Shown here in pieces: positions 25,746 to 31,895 of a stretch of 32,000 nucleotides of DNA. The stretch is from Candidatus Saccharimonadota bacterium (GTDB taxonomy: Bacteria; Patescibacteriota; Patescibacteriia; 2-12-FULL-60-25): positions 1 to 32,000 of the forward strand of contig JALHOH010000001.1 in the NCBI GenBank assembly GCA_022843095.1. The letters run 5' to 3'. Every line of letters begins with the position of its first letter. The first letter of the stretch is position 1. The notes under the pieces are model-generated. The model worked only from the letters and a program-made list of their open reading frames with translations. It did no database searches and had not been told where the DNA came from. Position numbers and translations under genes: made by a program.

Positions 25746-26507
25746 ATGGCGAACACCGGGGACGCGCTGTCGCTCCACTCACTCGCGATCCTTCGCGAGC
25801 GGATTCGTGTGCCCGATCGCTACCCGTTCACGGTCCCCACGATCGCAGCCCTGGACACGCTCGAACTGCGGTCGCGCGTGACGTTTTTCGTGGGTGAGAA
25901 CGGCACGGGCAAATCAACGCTCCTCGAAGGCATCGCCCGAGCGTGCGGCTTCAACGCCATGGGCGGGAGCGAGAACATCCACGGTCTGTCGTCGGGCGTT
26001 GGCGAGGAAACCCCTGCAGGACGACTCGCGGAGACGCTTCGGTTGTCTTGGCGAAAAAAGCTGAACACGGGGTTCTTTCTCCGTGCCGAGAGTTTCTACA
26101 ACGTCGCGACGAAGCTCGACGAACTGCAACGCGACGACGCACGAACCCTCCTCGCATACGGGGGAACCTCGCTGCACAAGCGCTCGCACGGCGAAGCGTT
26201 TCTCGCGCTCGCCGAGGCCCGCTTCGATCGCGCGGGGATCTATCTGCTCGATGAACCCGAGGCAGCACTGTCACCCCAGCGACAGCTCGCGTTTCTCATC
26301 CTGCTCGCCCGTGCGCTTCGGGCGCGCGACACGCAGTTCATCATCGCGACGCACTCGCCCATCCTGCTCGCGTTCCCCGGCGCGGACATCTTGTCCTTCG
26401 ACGGCAACACGATCCGCCGCACCACGTACCGCGAGACCGAGGCGTTCAAGATCACGAGCAGTTTCACGGCGAATCCAGAGGCGTTTCTCCGACACCTGCT
26501 TGGCTAG
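25746..26507 (+). CDS. ABC/SMC-head-type P-loop ATPase, COG3910-like (253 aa)
   Basis: VTFFVGENGTGKSTLLEGIA (Walker A), GFFLRAESFYN, SHGEAFL, IYLLDEPEAALSPQRQ (Walker B/D-loop) and FIIATHSPILL (H-loop). ATG at 25746; an alternative TTG lies at 25707. Confidence 0.8.
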   Translation: MANTGDALSLHSLAILRERIRVPDRYPFTVPTIAALDTLELRSRVTFFVGENGTGKSTLLEGIARACGFNAMGGSENIHGLSSGVGEETPAGRLAETLRLSWRKKLNTGFFLRAESFYNVATKLDELQRDDARTLLAYGGTSLHKRSHGEAFLALAEARFDRAGIYLLDEPEAALSPQRQLAFLILLARALRARDTQFIIATHSPILLAFPGADILSFDGNTIRRTTYRETEAFKITSSFTANPEAFLRHLLG

Positions 26508-26565
26508 TGAGCGCCGTTCTCTCGGCGGCACCGCCCCGCAAACCATCGAACGAAGGAGCAGTCCC

Positions 26566-26751
26566 ATGGCGGCGTGTTCAACGTGCAGAGGCTCAGGGCG
26601 CTGTCGGGTGTGTAAAGGCACCGGAAGCAACAAGAAGATCAATCCGCATCCCTCGAAGCCGCTCGTGAACCCGGACACGGGCGACGTGACCTGCCTCGCC
26701 TGCCGAGGCACGGGCTCGTGCATCGACTGTGGCGGCAGCGGCAAGGAGTGA
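26566..26751 (+). CDS. 61-aa DnaJ-type zinc-finger-like protein (4 x CxxCxGxG)
   Basis: MAACSTCRGSGRCRVCKGTGS...CLACRGTGSCIDCGGSGKE contains four CxxCxGxG motifs. GAAGGAG lies 8 nt upstream of the ATG. Confidence 0.7.
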   Translation: MAACSTCRGSGRCRVCKGTGSNKKINPHPSKPLVNPDTGDVTCLACRGTGSCIDCGGSGKE

Positions 26752-26869
26752 ACCCCTCCCGCATGCCCCCGCGCCCGTCACCGAGCGCGAGGGACATGAC
26801 GCATCCGTTGGGGGACCAAGGACGCCATCGCGCGCAGAGCGTGGTGCCTCCGCGCGGACGGGAGAGGAA

Positions 26870-26911
26870 CGCCTGCGGCCGAACCCGTCTCTCAAGACGG
26901 AGCCGCAGGCG
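26870..26911. terminator. Compound GC-rich hairpin between convergent genes
   Basis: Outer 10-bp arms CGCCTGCGGC / GCCGCAGGCG enclose an inner 6-bp stem CCGTCT-ctca-AGACGG. The hairpin overlaps the stop codon of 26892..27740. Confidence 0.45.
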
Positions 26912-27740
26912 TCGCGAAGAGACCGGCGTGCCCTGGATCGTGCTTGCGTGCGGTGGACCACACCGGCTCGAGGATGCGTTCCGGCGTCTCGATGCGGACG
27001 TTGCTCGCTTCCGTGAACCAGAAGAGCCCCGTTCCTGCACGCCCAGCGACGCCGAGGACCGCGTCGCGCAGGCGTTCGAGGCGAGCTCGGTTCGGCACGA
27101 CATAGAGCACGCGAAGCGCCCGCACGCCGAAGCGCGTCTCAGGGCCTTCCGCGCGGAGCCACGCGAGGTATCCCTCTGCTTTCTTCGCGACGCGAGCCGC
27201 GCTCACCGTTCCGCGATCCACTTCGACCAAGAGCGCGTGACGTGTCCCCTGCACGCGCACGGACAGGAACGCATCCGCGACGAGAGGCACGAGTTCGGGC
27301 TTCGGTCCCGCGATCGCCTGCGCGAATCCAATGCGCTCGCGCGAGGTGTCGAACCGTTCGAGCGTGACAACCGCGCGGGCGTGCAGGGCGCGGAACACGA
27401 GCCCGACCTCTGCCACGGCGAGCTCGTGCAAGAGCGTGAGCGCAGAGCGCTTCGCATGCACGGCGCGCGGCATGGGGACGCCGGTCGTGCGTGCGTAGAG
27501 CTTCGCGCCCCTGACGGTGAAGCCATATGCCGTGGTGGACGAGACGCCGAGCGAGAGCGGACGCAACGCCACGAGGAGCTTCGCCCGCACGAGACGATCC
27601 AAGACATCACGGACTTCTTCGAGGGGACGCTCCACGAGGACGGCGAGCTGTCGATCTTCGAGGACTCGGTACAATTTGAGCGCGTCCTGTGCGCGGGCGA
27701 GCCACGGAGGAGGCATGGGAACGAGCAACGGTTGGTGCAT
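26892..27740 (-). CDS. Replication-relaxation (Replic_Relax-like) family protein (282 aa; start uncertain)
   Basis: An N-terminal wHTH-like segment, then LLHELAVAEVGLVF (H-x-L), VADAF and LLVEVDRGTVS. This matches the order of conserved blocks I recall for PF13814-type proteins on plasmids and ICEs. Confidence 0.6.
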   Translation of the reverse strand: MHQPLLVPMPPPWLARAQDALKLYRVLEDRQLAVLVERPLEEVRDVLDRLVRAKLLVALRPLSLGVSSTTAYGFTVRGAKLYARTTGVPMPRAVHAKRSALTLLHELAVAEVGLVFRALHARAVVTLERFDTSRERIGFAQAIAGPKPELVPLVADAFLSVRVQGTRHALLVEVDRGTVSAARVAKKAEGYLAWLRAEGPETRFGVRALRVLYVVPNRARLERLRDAVLGVAGRAGTGLFWFTEASNVRIETPERILEPVWSTARKHDPGHAGLFATPAAPS

Positions 27741-28170
27741 ATCGACGAGGATGAAGCGGTGCGTGCGTGAGCGACGCGACCGCGAGAATGAGGGCGGGCT
27801 CTGCGTGTGGCGCGTCCATCACGACGAGCTCGGGGTACGCGAGGCGAAGCTCGTCCAGAGACGGTGCGCGCTCTGTGAGTGCCGTCGCTGCGGCGCGATC
27901 GAGGATGAGCAGACTGAGCCCTGAACGATCTGCGAGCATGCGAAGGAGCGGTTGAATACGTGTGCGTGACGAACGTGGTCCCGCGAGGACGATGTGCGAG
28001 GGGCGCGTGCGCAAGATGAGCCGCACGAGCGCGAGCGTGATGGGTTCGTCTGCGGCGAAGGTGCCGAGGGCGCGGACGTTCCACGCGTCGAGCGCAGCGA
28101 ACGCGATGCCTTCGCGGGACGCGACGAGCGCGAGCACACGGGGATCACGGCGCGGTGGGCGGTGGTGCAT
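27607..28170 (-). CDS. Hypothetical protein with a RuvX/YqgF-like (RNase H fold) sequence pattern; 3' end doubtful
   Basis: VLALVASREGIAFAALD...LVRLILRTRPSHIVLAGPRSS...GLSLLILDRAAATALTE parallels the YqgF block order, but the first acidic residue is missing. The last ~45 codons are R/P/S-rich and overlap the next gene by 134 nt. Confidence 0.4.
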   Translation of the reverse strand: MHHRPPRRDPRVLALVASREGIAFAALDAWNVRALGTFAADEPITLALVRLILRTRPSHIVLAGPRSSRTRIQPLLRMLADRSGLSLLILDRAAATALTERAPSLDELRLAYPELVVMDAPHAEPALILAVASLTHAPLHPRRYAPTVARSHASSVARPRTGRAQIVPSPRRSTARRPRGASPRRSP

Positions 28171-28894
28171 ATTGGGAGGGAGAGGGTGAGTCTTTGGCCG
28201 CAGCGGCGAGACGACGAACGATCGCGACGAACAGATGTCCGCGGGTCGACACGATCCGTGCGCCAGGAGTTTCGAGCGTCCGTGCGAGCGCGTCTTCGAG
28301 GATGTGGGCCGCATGTTCGCCTGCGAGGCGCTCGAAGGTCCCGAGAAGCGTTGGCGCGTCGAGGACATCCGCGAGGAAGGCCGCGACCACGGCTGGCGCG
28401 CGGGTCTTTCGCGCGGTGGGACCGTCTCCGCGACTCGAATGAAAGAGTTCCGCGAATCGCTCAGTACTGTCCGTACTGAGTACGTTCGTTCGATCCGTAC
28501 CGTCTGTACTGGCAGTACGAAGTTCTGAGTTCGGAGGATTCAGAACCGCTCTTTGAAGAGCGGGTTCTGAATCCGATGCTTGTGCTGAGTGTACTGAGCT
28601 CGGTACGGAAGGACTGTTTGTACGTTCGTACTCAGTACTGAGAGGGGGTGTACTGAGCGAATCCGTGCTTCCGTTCTCAGTACTGAGAGGATCAGTACGA
28701 CCGTACTCAGTACTGAGGGGCTGCGAGAACTCGCCGGAAAACTCGGCGAACTCTCCGAGCCCAAGAAACACACGAAGAGAAATCTCAAGCCTCTGCGTGT
28801 CGACACGCAGCGCAGCCGCCAGGGAGAGGAGCGGCAGGGTCCGCGTGCGACCGCTGCAGGCGATCGAGACGGGGACCCAAGGGTTCAGGGTCAT
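28145..28894 (-). CDS. Hypothetical protein with an internal LSTE repeat region; possible DNA-binding or replication protein
   Basis: ATGA overlap with the upstream gene (28891-28894). The central S/T-rich part is encoded by the palindrome array. The C-terminal ~90 aa are protein-like (…FLADVLDAPTLLGTFERLAGEHAAHILEDALARTLE…RGHLFVAIVRRLA). The coding status of the central part is uncertain. Confidence 0.4.
   Translation of the reverse strand: MTLNPWVPVSIACSGRTRTLPLLSLAAALRVDTQRLEISLRVFLGLGEFAEFSGEFSQPLSTEYGRTDPLSTENGSTDSLSTPPLSTEYERTNSPSVPSSVHSAQASDSEPALQRAVLNPPNSELRTASTDGTDRTNVLSTDSTERFAELFHSSRGDGPTARKTRAPAVVAAFLADVLDAPTLLGTFERLAGEHAAHILEDALARTLETPGARIVSTRGHLFVAIVRRLAAAAKDSPSPSQYAPPPTAP
28460..28717. 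repeat. Array of CTCAGTACTGAG palindromes and GTACTGAG half-sites in an AT-richer patch (putative iterons, oriT or oriV)
   Basis: Perfect 12-bp palindromes at 28631-28642, 28676-28687 and 28706-28717. A 10/12 copy lies at 28460-28471. Half-sites lie at 28473-28480, 28591-28598 and 28650-28657. Many CAGTAC / CCGTAC variants are also present. Local GC is about 50% by spot count. Confidence 0.85.
28536..28574. repeat. 39-bp near-perfect palindrome in the centre of the iteron patch
   Basis: GGATTCAGAACCGCTCTT-tg-AAGAGCGGGTTCTGAATCC. The arms are 18 and 19 nt and differ by one extra G. Confidence 0.85.
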
Positions 28895-29214
28895 AGCATC
28901 ATGGGTTCAAATGGCAGATGCGCGGGCGGCTGTCCGACGCGATGAAGGACATGCACGAGCTCGAGCAGCTCGGCGTCCCCTTCGACGCCGATGCGCGCAA
29001 CGAAGCCGTGGCGCACCAAGCGATCAATGGCTCTTTGGATGCGGTCGAGCGGAACGGCGAGGCGCACGGCCAGGTCTTCACGCACGAGGGTGAGTCTTGC
29101 GGTCACGGGATCTGCGGCAAGCGAGAGCGCGATGAGCACGAGGACATCCGGCGCGGTCAGACGCAGGAGCGCTCGCGCCATCTCTCCGCGGCGGAGGGAC
29201 AGTGGGTCGTTCAT
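28891..29214 (-). CDS. Small winged-helix (MarR-like) DNA-binding protein (107 aa)
   Basis: …LVLIALSLAADPVTARLTLVREDLAVRLAVPLDRIQRAIDRLVRHGFVARIG… is a wHTH-like pattern. ATGA overlaps occur at both ends (29211-29214 and 28891-28894). Confidence 0.5.
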   Translation of the reverse strand: MNDPLSLRRGEMARALLRLTAPDVLVLIALSLAADPVTARLTLVREDLAVRLAVPLDRIQRAIDRLVRHGFVARIGVEGDAELLELVHVLHRVGQPPAHLPFEPMML

Positions 29215-29837
29215 GGGAGGGAGTGCGAAGAATGAGCGAGGGAACGGCGGAGCGTGTCTGCGAGTCCGACGGGGATGGAAGACACGTCCGCGAGCGCCTG
29301 GAGGCTCCAGGGGCAGTATTCGGCGTATGCCGTGACGGCGATGGCGAGCGCGCTCCAGGCGTGGGCGCGATACCGCCGGACGTCGCCACGCGCCGTGCGC
29401 AGGGCGTCGAGCACCGGGCAGACGGTTCGGGTGAGGACGGCAGCGAGCGCGCCCTCTGGGTGCATCCCAGGCCCGAGGAGCGACGCCTTGGCGTCGGGCA
29501 CAGGGCGGACCTCAGCCTGGATCTCGTGGAGGTCTGCGGCTTGGACGGCATGCGTGCGCAGCTCGCGGTGGATGGGGCCTTCACGGCCGATGCGTCCAAC
29601 GACGAGGAGCGCGGGGCGATGCCCCCGCACGATGCGCCCGACGATCCGCCGCACCGCACGACGGCGATGCTCTGGCGTCTTGGCCGCGCGGAGCGACACG
29701 GTCTGAAAGGCGAGCGTCACGGCCGTCTCGGGGACGTGCGGGCGCTCGGTTCTGCCCGGACGCAACGCCAGCCCGAAGCGATCCAGGACAACGAGGCCAC
29801 CCCAACGGGGGGCGAGCACAATGGATGCGAGGGACAT
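29211..29837 (-). CDS. Hypothetical protein, weakly RuvX/YqgF-like (208 aa; alternative start 29873)
   Basis: First gene of the minus-strand operon. SIVLAPRWGGLVVLD...RRIVGRIVRGHRPALLVVGRIG...VRPVPDAKASLLG has the same block order as 27607..28170. Confidence 0.4.
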   Translation of the reverse strand: MSLASIVLAPRWGGLVVLDRFGLALRPGRTERPHVPETAVTLAFQTVSLRAAKTPEHRRRAVRRIVGRIVRGHRPALLVVGRIGREGPIHRELRTHAVQAADLHEIQAEVRPVPDAKASLLGPGMHPEGALAAVLTRTVCPVLDALRTARGDVRRYRAHAWSALAIAVTAYAEYCPWSLQALADVSSIPVGLADTLRRSLAHSSHSLP

Positions 29838-30048
29838 CGAAGACGCCCGCGCAAACTGAAAAACGCGGTCCATACGGAGAGAGTTGGTTACTCTCCGGAC
29901 CGCGGTCTGTTGCGGAGGGAACGCAAGACCGATAGGGTTGCGTCCGCGCTCCGAATCCAAGCGGCGGGCCAAAGAGGCAGTCCGGAATCACGCGAGCCCT
30001 GGTAAGCGGGCGTGATCTCGGGTGTTCGATATCTGTTCGACTCCTGCT

Positions 30049-30165
30049 CTCCGAGGATGCCACATCGGAGCGAAGCGGTAAGGGGGACGAATTTGAGGAT
30101 TCCCCCTGGGTTATCCACACTCGATCCCCACGCCCAACAGAAAAGAGTCCCCTGTGGACTCTTTT
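30049..30165 (+). ncRNA. Candidate structured small RNA or leader ending in an intrinsic terminator
   Basis: Three consecutive hairpins. The first is CTCCGA/TCGGAG (30049-30070). The second is AGGGGGA/TCCCCCT (30081-30107). The third is AAAAGAGTCC-cctgt-GGACTCTTTT (30141-30165), followed by GTGGTTTTCTGGATTTT. No credible ORF. Confidence 0.35.
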
Positions 30166-30223
30166 GTGGTTTTCTGGATTTTCGTCCCCTGACGGAGCGT
30201 ACGTCGCCTGTGGTGTAGTGAAA

Positions 30224-30239
30224 GCCCAAGCGCTTGGGC
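30224..30239. promoter_or_regulatory. 16-bp perfect palindrome upstream of the excisionase gene (possible operator)
   Basis: GCCCAAGCGCTTGGGC, about 100 nt upstream of the xis ATG at 30338. Confidence 0.35.
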
Positions 30240-30337
30240 CATTTTCATTCTTCACAGGAAATTCTATGCTCACGTTGCCTACCGCGCCACAGGCCGAGTC
30301 ATCGACCTGTGCGTGTGCCCATTCACAATCTCAGAGT

Positions 30338-30574
30338 ATGAATGCAGCACAACCCTCGGCACTTCCGAGCGCCGAGGTCATCCTCCTCACGCGACGAGAG
30401 GTCGCGGCGGTTCTGCGCGTCTCGAAGATGACGGTCCTCCGCATGGTGGCGCGCCGAGAGCTTCCCGTGCTCCGCATTGGTGGCGGACTACGGTTCCGAC
30501 GCACCGACGTGTTCGGGCTCTTGGCCGACTACCGCGCTGATCCACGCAAACCACAGCACTATGGCGACACGTAA
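30338..30574 (+). CDS. xis: Excisionase-family (MerR/HTH_17-like) DNA-binding protein (78 aa)
   Basis: LLTRREVAAVLRVSKMTVLRMVARRELPVLRIGGGLRFRRTDV is the typical excisionase HTH. It lies directly upstream of the integrase gene and overlaps it by 14 nt. Confidence 0.75.
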   Translation: MNAAQPSALPSAEVILLTRREVAAVLRVSKMTVLRMVARRELPVLRIGGGLRFRRTDVFGLLADYRADPRKPQHYGDT

Positions 30575-31697
30575 GATCCGGGGCTGGTGGAACGTCGACC
30601 TTTACTGGAACGGCGTCCGGTACCGCAAGAGGAGCCCACTGAACACGCGGATGGGCGCAGAGCAGTACGAGATCCAGCTCCGGCAAGAGCTGCTCAGCAA
30701 GGGATCGCTCGATCACCTCGACCCGACGCGCGCCGAGAAGCCGCTCACCTTCGGGGAGTTCGCGGAACGTTGGATGCTGGAATATGTCGCGGTGAACAAC
30801 AAGCCCAGCGAACAGAAGGCGAAGCGAGGCCAACTTCGTTGTCACATCCTTCCGAGATTCGGTGAATTCGCGCTAAACGAGATCACCAACGGGGAAGTCG
30901 AGCGCTTCAAGGCAGAACTGCTCGGGAAGAAGCTCTGCGCCAAGAGCATCAACAACTCGCTGACGATACTTCGGAAGTGCTTGGTCACCGCGAGTGAATG
31001 GGGGCTCCTTGAGAATGTCCCAAGAATCCGCCCCCTTCGGACTGCACGTCCGACCTACCGATACCTCCAGCAGGAAGAGGAGATGGCGCTTTTGTCCGCC
31101 GCGAAGCCATTCCGGTTCTGGTACGCAGCCATCCTTCTGGCTCTGCGGACAGGAATGCGATTCTCGGAAGTGTCCGCGCTGGCGTGGAAAGACATCGATC
31201 CGTCACGAGGCGATGCGACTGTACGCCGGGCAAATGTTCGGGGGCATATCGGCCCAACCAAGACATACACCGTACGGCGAGTCCCCCTCAGCACGGACGC
31301 ACGAGCGGCGCTCGAACAACTGGTGAAAAATGACGAATACGTCTTCGGGTATGGAGGAAAGCCCCTGTCGTACCACACAGCCTACGAGTGGCTCGTGCGG
31401 CTCTGTGAGCGCGCCGGGATCGATCCCTGCGGCTGGCATGACCTTCGCCACACCTTCGCGAGCCGCCTCGTCGCTCGCGGCGCGCCACTCCGCGCGATTC
31501 AAGAACTGCTCGGTCATGGATCGCTGGACATGACGCTCCGGTACGCCCACGTCGGACAGGCCGAACTCGTGGCCGCTGTCGCGCTTCTCGAAACTACCCC
31601 TAGTACTTGGGCACAGGGTGGGCACAACCCACCAGATGGAGCAAAAACCCACACGAAAACCGAGGCGCTCGCCACCGCAATTTCTCGCTGGAACTAA
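30561..31697 (+). CDS. int: Tyrosine integrase (phage-integrase family), 378 aa
   Basis: An N-terminal SAM-like core-binding region. Catalytic pattern LRTGMRFSE (R), WHDLRHTF (HxxR), LLGHGSLDMTLRYAH (H...Y). Adjacent to the tRNA-Tyr gene. Confidence 0.95.
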   Translation: MATRKIRGWWNVDLYWNGVRYRKRSPLNTRMGAEQYEIQLRQELLSKGSLDHLDPTRAEKPLTFGEFAERWMLEYVAVNNKPSEQKAKRGQLRCHILPRFGEFALNEITNGEVERFKAELLGKKLCAKSINNSLTILRKCLVTASEWGLLENVPRIRPLRTARPTYRYLQQEEEMALLSAAKPFRFWYAAILLALRTGMRFSEVSALAWKDIDPSRGDATVRRANVRGHIGPTKTYTVRRVPLSTDARAALEQLVKNDEYVFGYGGKPLSYHTAYEWLVRLCERAGIDPCGWHDLRHTFASRLVARGAPLRAIQELLGHGSLDMTLRYAHVGQAELVAAVALLETTPSTWAQGGHNPPDGAKTHTKTEALATAISRWN

Positions 31698-31699
31698 CG

Positions 31700-31728
31700 A
31701 AAAACTCCACTCGGAGAGTGGAGTTTTT
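31700..31728. terminator. Bidirectional rho-independent terminator
   Basis: Perfect 12-bp stem AAAAACTCCACT / AGTGGAGTTTTT with loop CGGAG. A-run and T-run flanks allow it to serve both int (+) and the tRNA operon (-). Confidence 0.8.
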
Positions 31729-31731
31729 CTG

Positions 31732-31818
31732 TGGTGGGCAGGCAAGGATTCGAACCTTGGAAGGCACAGGGCCAACAGATTTACAGTCTGTCCCGTTTGA
31801 CCGCTTCGGTACCTGCCC
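31732..31818 (-). tRNA. tRNA-Tyr (anticodon GUA), CCA encoded
   Basis: The reverse complement folds as acceptor GGGCAGG/CCTGCCC, D stem CCG/CGG, anticodon arm ACAGA-CTGTAAA-TCTGT, a long variable arm, and T arm CAAGG-TTCGAAT-CCTTG, followed by A-CCA. Confidence 0.9.
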
Positions 31819-31819
31819 C

Positions 31820-31895
31820 TGGAGCCGTAGACCAGGATTGAACTGGTGACCTCGTCCTTACCATGGACGTGCTCTACCAACTGAGCTACTACGGC
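31820..31895 (-). tRNA. tRNA-Thr (anticodon GGU), CCA encoded
   Basis: The reverse complement folds as GCCGTAG-TA-GCTC-AGTTGGTA-GAGC-A-CGTCC-ATGGTAA-GGACG-AGGTC-ACCAG-TTCAATC-CTGGT-CTACGGC-T-CCA. Confidence 0.9.

Larger units (their letters stand above)
23355..31731. mobile_element. tRNA-Tyr-adjacent integrative (mobilizable or conjugative) element module; left boundary not determined
   Basis: int and xis sit next to the tRNA 3' end. A Replic_Relax-like gene, an iteron/palindrome origin-like patch and a coupling-protein-like ATPase are also present. I could not find an attL copy of the tRNA 3' end by eye, so the element may extend further left. Confidence 0.5.

Noticed and set aside
28460-28717. 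Repeat array considered as a CRISPR
   Set aside because: The repeats are only 8-12 bp, palindromic and irregularly spaced, with 3-40-nt gaps. There are no spacer-like unique units of constant length and no cas genes other than an unrelated Cas4-like nuclease 20 kb away.
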